A stretch of 53,795 bases of DNA, filler included, from Sphacelaria rigidula (GCA_964200075.2; 4 parts of 4 records of this genome joined end to end with filler, not necessarily neighbours in it); one strand, 5' to 3'. Shown: positions 1 through 12,100, counted from the whole stretch's first letter. Notes: generated from the letters alone by a model not told the origin. Translations and numbers: made by a program.

Positions 1-123
1 GCAGTGGCCTCGAAAACGCAAGGGTGTATCAGAGAGAGACATTTCGTCGTTGACTGGTTTTCTGCTGCACGTCTCGTTTATTTCACGCCCGGGAAAGCCT
101 TTTGTTCACCGCATGCTCGCATT

Positions 124-600
124 GGCTGGGGTGCGCTGCTCCTCCCCGTCCAGTGTTGTGACGGGGGATGATTTTCGAAGAGGGCGGCGACGATGTCGCG
201 GGTGGTGGTATTGGGCCCACATCGACTGGGGTGCGCCGCCCCTCCCCGTCCCGTGTTTGTCGGGGGATTGTTTCAAAGAGGGCGGCGACGATGTCGCGGG
301 TGGTGATGTTAAGCCCGAACCGGCTGGGGTGCGCCGCCCCTCTCCGTCCCGTGTTGTGACAGGGGATGTTTTCAAAGAGGGCGGCGACGAAGTCGCGAGC
401 GATGATATTGGGCCCGAAATTTCAAGATGATACAGACGTGCGGTGTTGGCTGGTTGACGATGGATTGTCGTTGTATAGAGCAGCATCATCGTAATCCCCT
501 GTGTATATATCCTCGTCCCGAGTTGTGACGGGGGATGCCTAAAAAAAGGAGAAGAAGAAAAGGGCGCCGACGATGGCGCGGGTGGTGGTATTGAGGCCGG
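124..600. repeat. ~99-bp tandem repeat (3 copies plus 1 diverged partial copy) in the 3' region of the gypsy element
   Basis: GGGGTGCGC..CCCGTCC..GGGGAT..AAGAGGGCGGCGACGATGTCGCGGGTGGTG units start at 128, 228 and 326; a partial copy lies at ~514-600. Confidence 0.85.
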
Positions 601-899
601 AGGTTCACGGTGATCTAGCGTGTGGCGTTGCGTCGTTGACCATGGATTGTCACGGCGTGGAACAGCAATAACATCCCTGGTATAACGGTTGGTGTTGCAC
701 CCGCCCATGTTATCCTTGCCTTCGGATGCGTCGGACGCAGCTGTCAGGGGCTATTGTTTGCCGTCGGGCATGAGGCGGCGGTGTGACTTTACCGCCGAGG
801 AAAAAACCCCATGTTGAAGGTTCTCCTATGCACTCGGATGATGATATTCGACCAATGTAATGGAACGATTGGGTACGGTAATGTCGTCGCCGATAATAT

Positions 900-2630
900 T
901 TCTTTTATGCAGGAGACGTCCACGGTTACGTGCTGGTTGTGTGCGGTTGTAAGGAGACAACTCGTACGCCGTAATGTGGGTATGAATAAGCGCAGAGCGG
1001 TGAGGGGCCGCGTTCGGGTGCTGCGATACGCATGCTTGGCGTGCTGGAAATCAACTTGGGCTTGGTGTTGAGATGAAGCATGTTCCAAGAATTCCAATGA
1101 TGTGGCTGAAGCAATTTGTGGTGGCCCATGGATGGTGTTTCCGCTAACCTTTTGTCCCTCTGTCTCGGTATTCAATGGCACATGCAGGACACCAGGACAG
1201 AGTGGAGGCTTCCGTGGTCAGGCTTTTGGACTCGGGCTCGTCCAAAAGGCCATTGCGCGGTTGTCTGCGAGAACGTACTAGGGGTATTCGTTCATTAAGA
1301 ATACGTTGATGGAATTGAAACGTAAGCGCGTTGTGATGAGAACATAGCAACGAGTTTGGCGGCCGCTTCATTGTCGGTGCTGTTGGACGGGGAACATTTG
1401 TCTCTTGCGTGGGGCACGGGTGGTCACGTGTTGTAGTTGGGTATCTGTGCCTCCTTTTCCTTTGACGAGATCACACCGGACGTGTACCCATCCTGTTTCG
1501 TTCTCATCACCCAGTAAACCTGTGCGCAGAAGTGATTTGGCCTTTTATGGGGAAAGACGCAGTTGCGTCGACGTGTTTGGAACAACGTGAGAATTCTGAT
1601 ATGGACTCGGTGTGATGCGGTGACTACGTTGCGGCAAGTGGCGGTGTTGGCTGGGCTAACGCCTGCAGAGTTGTGCATTGGTTGCACCAGACACTTGTCC
1701 GCGGCAGGAATGACCTTAAGGATGTTGCAAAATAATGTACGAGTAAATGCTATTTGCGGCTTGGGGTCAGAAGCTTTCGCCGATCGGCGTAGAAGTGGGA
1801 TCAGTAGCCGGGTCAGGGCACGGATTAGAGGGACGAGTAGAGACCTCATTGGGGAAAGGTGGCTCATGACGCCGAGTCACATTATGGATGCTACATAAAA
1901 TAGTGGCAATGAAAGGGATACGGTAACATATGGTAAATGACTGGATAAGTGAAGAGTAGTACAGTCATGTGTCAACGAAGAGGATTGGATGCCGGAATTG
2001 GAGCCGAGACTAAGTTGTCGGTCACATGTGCACGGAAGTGTCTTGCCCCTACGGAATGGATTGCATTGGTGTGGCGGGGGAGAGCGTAGGGGAGACATGT
2101 TGTATCCGCGCGTCGGCTTAGGTTCTTGTGGAGGCTGGTGCGACTGCGCTCAGCGCAATCTCCAGATGGGAGCCAACGGTCGGATACGTGAGGAGTCACA
2201 TTGTTTTTGAACGGGTGATTTCATGAGGTTTTCCCTACCCACCCCCCACAAGCTGGGTTGGGGGCGGGAGTGCATAATGTGACAAGACTCGAAAGCAACT
2301 GCACAAAAGGCTCGATTCTGTGTTAGGGAAGAATCGATGTTTTGTGCAGAAGCGGGAAGAACTTTCCTAGATGTTTATAGTGGTTGCAGTATCTAGAAGC
2401 CATTTCAGAACACATTGGTATGCAAGATTGCCTGTGTGATGAACCCAGTGAGTCAGTTCAGTGTCGGAGAAGCAGTACGGTACAAGGGCAAGTGCATCCA
2501 CGATGAAGTGACAATAGTGGTGTCTGGGCTGAAGTCGAGGCTTATGAGATCCGGGAGACGGATGTGGTGCGACCATCAGTTGGTGACAGCATCGCGAATC
2601 GATGTTGTCTGAGATTTTCCCGCCCACCCC
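900..2630 (-). pseudogene. Gypsy integrase and C-terminal region remnants
   Basis: Fragments NLSRRADT (cf. gypsy integrase TDRFSRRAD) and SMRIAAPER, positioned 3' of RNase H. Heavily decayed. Confidence 0.6.
2132..2309. repeat. ~178-bp interspersed repeat, copy 1
   Basis: Highly similar direct copy at 3265-3440 (AGGCTGGTGCGACTGCGCTCAGCGCAATCTCCAGATGGGAGCC...GCAACTGCACAAAAG). Confidence 0.9.
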
Positions 2631-3264
2631 TTCCTTTGACGTTTTATCGTATTGGATTGGGTTTGAGGATTATCGGATTGAGTTTGCGGTGCATGGCGCC
2701 ACTGTCGAGGTTTTTTTCCTGGAAATCGGGTTTTTCCTCACCGAGGTTTTGCCGAGGGCTGGGTTTTCCCGCGGCAGTGTTGAGAGTGTGATATTATTGT
2801 CCGAACATCTTTCTGACCACCCGCCCGATGCTTTCGACGGAGGAAGTGGCGCAGAAAACGGTGTTCGATGGCAGGGTCCAGCAGGCGTGTGATATGTGAT
2901 GGGTAAGGCCTGCCCCCTGCGATGGACTGTCCGTTTTTCCTTATTTCTGGGAATCGGACACGGAGGGGATCGTGAGCACGCGATCGTGAGGGAATTCATC
3001 CGATTTTTAGTCGCAGGCGCGGTCCCACGCTATACGCGTAGCGAGACCGGAGCAGGCCGTGGGTCGACAGAACCATGGTACCCCTTCGATTGCCGGCACG
3101 CGTTATCGCCGGTGTTCCAGTGGGGTAGAGTGTGGGATGCGTGTATTTTTTCCTGGTGTGGTACACGTCGGTGGGGTTCTTGTTGGCAGGACGTTGGCTA
3201 GCGGTGTGTGTACACCACAAAATGGGTGCACACGCAGGCTGGTGGGGAGATCTGCGTTGACATA

Positions 3265-3440
3265 AGGCTGGTGCGACTGCGCTCAGCGCAATCTCCAGAT
3301 GGGAGCCATCGGTCGGATACGTGAGGAGTCACACTGTTATGAACAGGTGATTCATGAGGTTTTCCCTACCCACCCCCCACAAGCTGAGTTGGGGGCGGGC
3401 GTGCATAATGTGACAAAATTCGAGAGCAACTGCACAAAAG
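3265..3440. repeat. ~178-bp interspersed repeat, copy 2
   Basis: Direct repeat of 2132-2309. Confidence 0.9.
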
Positions 3441-3567
3441 ATTCCATTGTCAAAAATGTACTGTGCACAGTATGGAATCTATTGTTGATTGCAATAGACG
3501 CAATAGTCGATACTGTACCCAGTACACTTTTTGGCGCAACCCAGTACACTTTTTGACAATAAAATCT
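3439..3567. repeat. Small AT-rich palindromic (MITE-like) insertion
   Basis: Left end AGATTCCATTGTCAAAAATGTACTG is an imperfect inverted copy of right end CAGTACACTTTTTGACAATAAAATCT. Confidence 0.6.
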
Positions 3568-3827
3568 ATTGTCCAGGGTGTAAACGATGGGGGTTTCAAA
3601 CTGCCTAGTACTGACGCGTGTGCTGCAGCTGTTAGCCTATTCATGCCAAATGCCGGTTTGTGGCTCAGTGAGAGTGGTGTGTAGAGACCGCGATGACCAT
3701 TCCTGCTAATGAAATACACAAAGTCTTCGGTGGGATCCATGATGCGTCCCAAGGAGGATTCACTGATAGCCTTAGCCGGTATGGGTAACCCAGACAAAAC
3801 GTTGGCGTCTGCGTTTTGGGGTCGTGT

Positions 3828-4391
3828 TCAGTGTTTCAACGTAAAGTTGTAAGAAGACAGGGTTTCGAACCAGAGTTGAACCCGTGCGTTGTGTTTCTCC
3901 ATCTTCGCGAGGTATCCCAAAGGCTTATGATCTGTACAAATCACAAACGGAACGCCATACAAGTACTGACGGAGCCGTCGCACACCCCAGACTGCTGCGT
4001 CTGCCTCTTGCTTCATCACCGACCAATTATGTTCGTTTGGGAAGGTGTTTCGACTCAGATATACAATGGGGCGAACACTAGTAGATTCTTGCTCTTATTC
4101 TAACGTGCAGCCAAACCCAACTTTGGTGCAATCCGTGTGAGGTCGGAACGGACGTGAACCATTTTCAACGGCTGACCAGTCTTGAGAAAGGAGGATCGGT
4201 GGCGGCAAAAGCGTGTCAAGCCGCCGATGTGCAATTTCATTCATTTTCGATGTAAGCATGAATTTCACCTCTTGTTTTAGAAATGTTGTAAGGGGTTCGG
4301 GAGTTTGGGCTAGGTATGGCGAATACCGTCGCCAGCAGCTCAGGCCTCCGAAGAAGGGGCGCAGTTGAGGAACATCCCGTGGCGTAGGCAT
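3828..4391 (-). pseudogene. Gypsy RT connection/RNase H remnant
   Basis: MPTPRDVPQLRPFFGGLS..RPFRPHTDCTKVGFGCTLE and EADAAVWGVRRLRQYLYGVPFVICTDHKPL..HNARVQLW. Confidence 0.9.
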
Positions 4392-4413
4392 ATCGGCAAG
4401 TGCGGCAACCTTG

Positions 4414-6217
4414 CAAGGTTGTGTTCTGTAGGGTACGGGTATGTTCTGCAGGGTATGTGATTCCTTACAGGACGTAGGAACATACCGGGTACCGGTATGA
4501 ATGTCTTACCGAAACTACAAAATTGTCGACCGGTTTGAAAGTCTCACAGAAATCACAGAACTTGTCGCGTACGGTATGGGAGGCTAACCAAAAAACCGTA
4601 CCGGCAATCGAGTATTTCTTCGAGAGCATACCCGCGCCCCGAGGACAGGTAAACATTCTGTACAGAACTCACAGCACTGTCGGATAAGGGTATCGGAGGC
4701 TTACAGAACTCACAGAAATTGGCGGGTAAGGTATAGAAGTTACACAGAAAGCCGTACCCGCAACCGGGTATCATATCAAGCGCACACCCGTGCCCCCCGG
4801 TGACGATACGGGAGGCTTACAGAACTCACAGAACTATCAGGTGAGGGTATGAAAGTCTTACAGAGATTACAAAACTGTCGAGTACCGGTATGAAAGTCTC
4901 CCAGAGTTTACAGAACTGTTGGGTACCGGTGTGAAAGTCTTACAGAAGTCAAAGAACCGTAAGGTACGGTAAATACCCCAGAAATACCCCGGGTGTACAG
5001 AATACCGTACCCTACAAAACACGACCTTGGTATCATCATCACTCCTATGTTGGTACTTGCGTCACTGCAGTGGCGAAGTACAGATGATACTTCATGAAAA
5101 ATCCGAACGGCTTCACGAGGTTGATAGAGAGAGACTACGAACACTCGCAGTAGTACATGTACACGGGATCTTCAACATGTATCGGCTTCACGTACACTCC
5201 CAGAGAGTACATGAAGGAGCATTCACGACTGTCCGCTCTCTGGAAGCCCTTCGGCACGACGAAATCGTCGACGGCCTTGACGACTTCCGGTGGAAGCTCA
5301 TACTCTTTGCTGTACACATCGATGAAAGCCTGGGGTTTGATGACCACGACACAACCGCCATCAACGTCGATGACGTGCGTCTTGCTAGTTGATCCCCTGG
5401 TGGCGCAGACAAACCGCCCCGGCTCGAGCCACCACTCGAGCCTTGGAGGGATCCATCCTGACGGTCTGCAGTGCCACTCATGTTTCGTGTTTCCACTCTG
5501 CAGTACCCCGTACCCCGTCAGATTTTGCACTGAAGATGTTGGTGTACAGTGTTGAATGAAGCAGTGGGGTGGGTTGATCGGTGGGAGGTACGTGTTCAGG
5601 TCATGAGGTTGTGTTGGGATTGAACCTACTGTATACCCGTACCTCCTCAAGGTATATACCTGTGCTCGTACCTGCAATCGGGGTTATCTATACCGCTATA
5701 CCCTAACTCCGGGTAGGCGTATGGGAGGCTTACAGAGCTCACAGAAATGTCGGGTACCGATACTGGATAAAAGTCTCACAAAAGTTACAGAACTTGTCGC
5801 GTACGGTATGGGAGGCTTACAGAAAACCGGTACCGGCAATCGGGTATTTCTTCAAGAGAATACCCGCGCTCCGGGTACGGGTAAACATTGTCTACAGAAT
5901 TCACAGAACTGTCGGGTAAGGGTATGGGAGGCTTACAGAACTCACAGAAAGTGTCGGGTAGGGTATAGAGCTTGTACAGAAAACCGTACCCGCAACCGGG
6001 TATCTTATCAAGAGCATACCCGTGCCCCCCGGTAACGGTACAGGAGGCTTACAGAACTCGCAGAACTATCGGGTAAGAAAAGTCTTACAGCGATTACAGA
6101 ACTGTCGGGTACCAGCATGAAAGTATTTCAGAGTTTATAAGAACCGTCGGGTACGGTTAATACCCGGGAAAATACCCCGGGTGTACAGAATATCGTACTC
6201 TACAGAACACAACCTTG
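4414..6217. mobile_element. Composite non-autonomous hAT-type DNA transposon inserted in gypsy pol
   Basis: Left TIR CAAGGTTGTGTTCTGTAGGGTACG at 4414; right TIR ..TACAGAACACAACCTTG ending 6217; perfect 8-bp TSD CAACCTTG (4406-4413 and 6218-6225). Removing the element and one TSD restores gypsy PNLTKVAALADMP. Many ACAGAACT subterminal motifs; an extra internal right TIR ends at 5029. Confidence 0.92.
5135..5400 (-). pseudogene. Protein-like fragment carried inside the hAT element (possible transposase N-terminus or captured exon)
   Basis: Frame HVIDVDGGCVVVIKPQAFIDVYSKEYELPPEVVKAVDDFVVPKGFQRADSRECSFMYSLGVYVKPIHVEDPVYMYYC; composition differs from the flanking repeat arms. Confidence 0.45.
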
Positions 6218-6226
6218 CAACCTTGG

Positions 6227-6790
6227 TTAGGTTTGGGCTACGACCTTCAGGGGTGATGCAATGGCCCAGGAACTCGGTACGAGTCGCCAATTCGGGATTT
6301 GGAGGGGGCGAAGTTCAAAGTTGTGTTGTTCAAATCGGGCGAAGGAGGATGCCAAGGGTTCGACGTGTTCAGTAGGTGTCCTACCGTGGCACACCGAATC
6401 GTCGAGATACGTATGGCAATCCGTCAGTCGCACGGAACATCACACGTGGAAACGCCCCAGGGGCGCCGACGACACGCTGTGGTGTTACCAGCCATTCATA
6501 CAGGTCTGGCGGTTTACAAGACGTCGTCAGTTAAATAGGTTGTGGGTCTGCCACGAGCTGATGGTGGCCGGATTACATATCAAAGGTTGAAAAATACTGC
6601 CCCCCGCCAATAGAGTCGATGATTTCATCTATCCGGGGAAGAGATAGATGTGCGATTCTGATGACTGCGTTTAGTCGTTGGTAATTGACCGTCAGTCTGA
6701 TCTCACCATTCTCCTTCCGGATGACAACCAGAAGCGAGGCCCACGGAGACGTCGAATGCCTTATTCAACCAGCGGATAAGTATCCATCGG
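6227..6790 (-). pseudogene. Gypsy reverse transcriptase remnant
   Basis: HSTSPWASLLVVIRKENGEIRLTVNYQRLN, YEWLVTPQ..GAPGAF, CHTYLDDSV (YxDD motif). Confidence 0.92.
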
Positions 6791-7649
6791 GGATTACTTG
6801 GATCTTATCCGCGAAAAGAGGGTTTCTGTACGGTACGGACGCATGGCGATAGGTGAAGTGCCATTAGGAATTTCGATAATGAACGGTATTGGGGTACAGC
6901 GGCGTAAGTCCAGAGGCGACGTGGAAAACCGTTCCGAAAATTTAATCAAGATGGATCTCAGCCTATCGATCACCGGGGGTGTCCAACCATCATCAGATAG
7001 ATCAAAATCCATGTGCCACAAATGCAGGGGAGCATTATTCACTAGTTGTTTGAAACTATCACGTTGTTCTGGCGATAATCTATCCAGCAATGCAGTCGGG
7101 GGTTCTGGGTCAGGCACGTCCGACGGTTCGTTTACCACCATGGGATCAGCCTTGCGAAACGGAGCGGGGTCCGTGGTTGTCGAGTTGTCGGACGACAACT
7201 TCGGTCCTGCAGAAAGACACGCGTTTGTCAAGGCGGTCCGTAGAAGGAGCGCCAGAAGATAACCCAACAGCTAGTCGGGAAGTATGTCAAAATACAGGGG
7301 GGGTGAAACGATAGTTTGTCGACCTTAATAAACGAATACTTCGGTCTGTCGATATGCATCAACAAGGCCGTCTTGTGATTGGTCGGTATTGAGCAATTCG
7401 ACCAAGTATTGTCCGGAAAGGGCGAGGGATCCATTCTGCTCACCAGATTCACATGTATGACCTGGGGTTCACGAGAAAGGCAGGTCACGTCTTCGCCAAC
7501 ACAGTACAGTCGAAAAGCATCACCTGATGATTGTGTTGGATCATCCACATAGACATGGACCCCCGAATCGGTGTCGTGATGTCCCAATGGGAATTTTCCA
7601 GTAGCAGGACGGTTCAAAACAGGTTCGTCCGATGTATACGTATGCGTGG

Positions 7650-7951
7650 AGAAACGTAGCCAACTATCACGCCCAAGTATAAGATCAACAGACGCGGAAC
7701 CATCAGCCACTAGTAGTGCCCACTACGGAAAAGCGAGCAGATGGACTAGTGTCGTCAAAAACGTGTATACTAGGACTTACTGATTGATGAGCCTGAGTGA
7801 AGTGGAGGGACCAAACCCGCCAGAAATGCGAGGGGAATCGGTGGAGAGACAACGCTTGTCCGCCCGCCCCGGCGTCGATCATTTGTTGCCAGCAGCTGGC
7901 TGTCATGAACTCTTGAGGCAATTCTGAGTGGGGCAATGCAAGGGCCATCAA
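7650..7951 (-). pseudogene. Gypsy aspartic protease remnant
   Basis: ALPHSELPQEFMT (decayed LLDSGS-type site) and VDLILGRDSWLRF (ILG motif), upstream of RT. Confidence 0.6.
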
Positions 7952-10699
7952 AGGGCATGTTGGACGGATTCACGCCACTATATACACCTATTTGGTAGTA
8001 AAGGAGGCGTCATTCACAATCATTGCAGTACCACCGACGAGATCCAGCTCGAATTTGGGTCAGACATCTGACACATCGTGATATTGGTTTTGAGCGACGG
8101 TACTAAAATACACCCGCTGGTGATCCTACGGGACAAGATTCCGGTCGGAAGGTTGGTCGGGGCACGGATTGTCATTTGATGGCTTCTTTTTTGTATCTAT
8201 CGAGTTTTGAATTTCGTGTGTTGTGAGGGATGCACGATGCCTGCCTGGGAAGGGTAGCCATCGTGGAGGGACCCGACAACTGGTTTGCTCTGGGTCAAAT
8301 ACCTTTATCGGCCGAAGCAGGAGACGAATCACCATATCACGAAGCTGAATTTCTTACAGTATCCAGTGCGGAATGAAGACAAGACAATTCGGAAGGGGGC
8401 GGAGTTGATTTGGTCATACCCTTCAGGACACTACCCTTGTTAGTTAAGCCCGACATTGGTACAAAAGGGGATAAGTCGTCAGACGCGGACGGCTCGTCGG
8501 TCGCAACGCTATGTTTTCCTTGTGATGAAGGTACTGTCGGAGCCGCTTCATGACAAGCGGGCAAACGCCCGATTTGTAGCGATATATGTGTCCCAGGGGA
8601 TGACAACGCTATTTCGGTTTTGGGTTCTAACATCGTGCACGAGGGGTCGACAGGGAGCGGTATGGATATGTTCTAAATCTGGGAAGTACCGGCCTGCTCG
8701 ACTATAAGGCCTTCATCTAAGGGAGCCCACACCCGTTCACATCGTGGTGGGCGGGTGAGCATGCGCCATCAGAAATATCTGCAGGGTCATCCAGAGGAGC
8801 CCGCCGAGGGTCACGCATATAGCGCATCAAAGGTTCGGCTGCTCCGGGAGCTATTGGCAAATTATCTCGGACAGTCCGCCCTCGGTCACGCTCGTGGCGT
8901 ACCACCGGGTCCGCTGTCGCTTGGGGTTCCTCTCCACCCCCCTGAGCGACGAAAAGCAAGGATTCGCTACGGTTACTCTTCGCCAACGAATAATAATGCT
9001 CACAAAATAAAAGGGGATCGGGCAACGACGCTGTTGTGTGCATGGGTGTACATGTGGTCGACCTGACACCCGAGAATTTTAGGGGGCTGGTGTGCGGTCT
9101 TATGTTTGGTACCATATGATGAACAGTCGCAGGGGCAACAGCTAATTCACCAAGAGGTGTACCTGCTTCGGATGTCGTAGGGGCTACGCTACATGACAGC
9201 CGATCCCACGAGGAGAGAAGATTCAACCGGCTATGATGACTACCACTTGGGGATAAGACTGGGTAATCAGGTCGAGGATCGAAACCCTGGGGTTGGTGCA
9301 CGGGATTCTGCTGACATGGAACCCCTAATGTCAGTCTGATCGTACCCAGTATACCCGCACCCCACAGCTGAACCCGTGCTGGCCGGCGCGGATTCATTTT
9401 TATGATGTGTGTCACCTGGCCGAGCGAAAAAAAGGGTAGGGAGACTTCTGCGGTGTTTTACGGGCGATCTTTGGTTTCTGATGATGGACCCGTGGCAGAA
9501 AATGGGAAGTGAACGAAAAGTGTGAGCAAAACGAGCAGAGGGTGACAGCCTAATTTCGCGGGCAGTCGAATCCTCTGGATCACTCCACTGTATGCTATTC
9601 GGGAATGCTGGAACTTGAACACTTGCAGAACGCCGTTATGGGGTGTGTTTGGCATCAGTGGAGGAACGGGACCCGTCCTGGCGGGGCGAAGCCGCTATGC
9701 TAGGTCCGATCGCAAGGAAATGTCTACCGTCTTGTGATTGTCCCTGTTCATGTGATTGAAAGGCGCCGGATTGGGACGGGGCAGACATGGCGGGCAGTGT
9801 CAGCGGCCTGAGCCTGAGATTGCCCAAAATCGGTATTCGTTTGCTTCATTTGCTCGCTGGCCGAAAGGAGCTGTTCTCCGGTGCACATACTGACTATGTT
9901 GTGCCCGACTAGTGGAACAAGTTCAACGGATAGAACTTCAGCAGCGGTCGAGAAACTCACAATCAAAGTTGATGTAAAAAAGAGCGAAATGGCAACAGTC
10001 ACCTTCGAACGATACATCAGTTTCACTTACGCCGAATATTCCACGCGCCGAAAGATACTGGCGTACCCGCTGCACCTCTGCGCAGCACGGCAGAGAGGGG
10101 GACAAGGACACAAGCGTACGTCACAGCGCTGCGCCTTAGGCTCATCATTATCGACACTGTTGTTTTCGGAGATTTCCGCAGTTGTTGGGGATGGTAAGTT
10201 ACCTGGTGATTCTCGAATGCTTCGCGAACGCCAAGGCGTACTCACAGGGTAGCTCTCCGAATGGCTGCGTTGCAGTCTTATGTTTTCGGACTTCTCGAAA
10301 AATGAAGCTTCGGAGAAGAACTTGAGCAGATTCATTCTCGTTGAAGTCTGAACGCAGAGTCCGAAAACTTTGAAAACAAATCTGACATTTCTGAAAAAGA
10401 CGGTGTCGATCATAATGGGTCTTGGGCTTCGCCGCACCGCCCCCCTCATGCGTTATGGCTTTCATCATGTGGACAGCTTAGTAACGTTGCGGTCAGAGGT
10501 GTGGTCCAGATACTATATGGCACGCGAGTGTCGGCGTTAGGCAGTGTCTTCATGCCGTCCATCTTGTGACGATGTGGGGCTTTACGAATATACATTTTCC
10601 TGTAGTTGTCGCAACTTTGCGCACATTTATGACACTAATCTCGTTTTTAGCCCGACTTATTCCAAAAAGAAGCACCACGAAGGTTCACCGAAGATCAAC

Positions 10700-10935
10700 T
10701 GTTGCAGTCAAGCGTGAAAAGTAACGACAGCTGCCCCGTGTGTATCCCATGGCCCTCGCGTGAGGGCCCGAAATAGTACCCGGTATTACATACAAGAGGG
10801 GAGGCCGAACAATAAGGTTGAACAATAACAATGATCAAGATCGGCACCCGGCAGAAATAGGGGACTCGTTTAAAACCAGGCGCACAACTACAATATGGGA
10901 CATGTCCTCCTTCACTGCACTGCAGCATAAGCACA
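10700..10935 (-). repeat. Candidate 5' LTR of the gypsy element
   Basis: On the minus strand it starts TGTGC.. and ends ..GCAACA, upstream of the presumed gag region. There is no second copy in the contig to confirm it. Confidence 0.3.
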
Positions 10936-11572
10936 AATCACGTCCTCTACCATATGCTGTAGCAATCACTGCTTTGTGGCGTGTTTAGATTTTGCGAAGA
11001 CGGTTTGGGCTCGGCTGGCATGGCCTGAGCTGCTGTGGTGTGTTAGTCTGTAGAAAGTAGTATCAGTCGGGGCGCAGTGCTGTCTATTTTACAAACTGGC
11101 GGTCGAAACCTTCATGGTGTGGTGACAAAAGCGCCCATTTGTGGAGGTCGCCATTTTGTTTGTGTGAGGATATTTCTCCTATCCTATGACACGCAAACCA
11201 GACAAAAAGCCGTTACAGATGCAGTCCCAACTGTAGACTGTCCAAGAGGCCCGATGATCTCATATTTGTACGGCCGGCTCTGGAACCCGAGGTAACAGGA
11301 TCTTCTCGGTGGAATATCTACAAGCCCCCTGGGAACCACTTCTCTTTACATATGCCCTTAACCGGTGCCCAGTGATTCAACCGTCTGAACACCCGACTAC
11401 GGTCAATCCTTGCTCACATAACACGAGGAGAATCATCGACCACGCTTGACGGTTGCTACCGTCCACCGCAGGCCTCGCGATCTTCACATTGGCAACACCC
11501 GTGATTTCGATTCCACGTGTGCGAGGCACTCCGGATTTGTTCGGGTACAGATACGGCGACACCGACACCATC

Positions 11573-12100
11573 ATGGCGAAGAACAAGGCCAACATCAACA
11601 ACAACAACGGCGGAGCCGCCCCTGCATCCCCTGCACAACCACCCGCCCAACCCACGCCTGCGCAGGTGACAATGGCGGCTCCGGCCGGGACCTCTCTCAA
11701 GTCCCAACCGGAAAAAAAAGTAAAGGGCTCACCTCACTCACTCACAAGACCGCCAAGCAAAAGAAAAAAAGGCAGGGAAAGTCACGCCAAAGGGCGAGGA
11801 ACCCCAAGGCGGGGAGACGTCGCAGGCGGTGACGGGGGAGGTCGCTTCAACGTCTTCCGCGACGAATACGACAGCAGCGTCAGCTTGGACACGGCGGCGG
11901 ACATCGAATCAGAGACCGTTGGGGGCGGTTCGTCAACCAAAGCCGTCACCTCCGCCTCTTCTGCCGGGGAAAACCCGAGGGTGGCGGGTTTGAGAATTGC
12001 GCTTATGCCCGTCGAGAGACACGCCGACCGCGAGACCGACGCCTCCACATGGGCTCTGAGCGCGCATTGGGAAAACTGTGATCGTCTCAAGACGCGCTGA
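11573..12100 (+). CDS. Orphan ORF, low-complexity Pro/Ala- and Lys/Arg-rich protein (possible ORF1/gag of an unclassified element, or a first exon)
   Basis: ATG in context CATCATGG at 11573; 175 codons MAKNKANINNNNGGAAPASPAQPP..SKRKKGRE..; no family recognised. Confidence 0.35.
   Translation: MAKNKANINNNNGGAAPASPAQPPAQPTPAQVTMAAPAGTSLKSQPEKKVKGSPHSLTRPPSKRKKGRESHAKGRGTPRRGDVAGGDGGGRFNVFRDEYDSSVSLDTAADIESETVGGGSSTKAVTSASSAGENPRVAGLRIALMPVERHADRETDASTWALSAHWENCDRLKTR

Larger units (their letters stand above)
100..10935 (-). mobile_element. Degenerate Ty3/gypsy LTR retrotransposon (gag?-PR-RT-RNaseH-INT order), many stops and frameshifts, 3' LTR not seen
   Basis: Minus-strand remnants lie in gypsy order: protease-like ALPHSELPQEFMT..WQQM and LILGRDSWLRF (~7650-7951); RT HSTSPWAS..RLTVNYQRLN, YEWLVTPQ and YLDD (6227-6780); connection/RNase H (3828-4391); integrase SRRAD (~2100) and C-terminal remnants (900-1400). 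Outer boundaries are approximate. Confidence 0.9.

Noticed and set aside
50-708. 126-200 aa ORFs on both strands
   Set aside because: By-products of the GC-rich 99-bp tandem repeat.
4414-6217. Recurrent ACAGAACT/GGGTA motifs resembling a CRISPR-like or regulatory array
   Set aside because: Spacing is irregular, there are no unique spacers, and the motifs lie within TIRs and a TSD. They are hAT subterminal repeats.
8126-10468. Several 70-230 aa ORFs read as host genes
   Set aside because: They lie between the gypsy protease and the candidate LTR and are probably decayed gag region; no motif could be identified.
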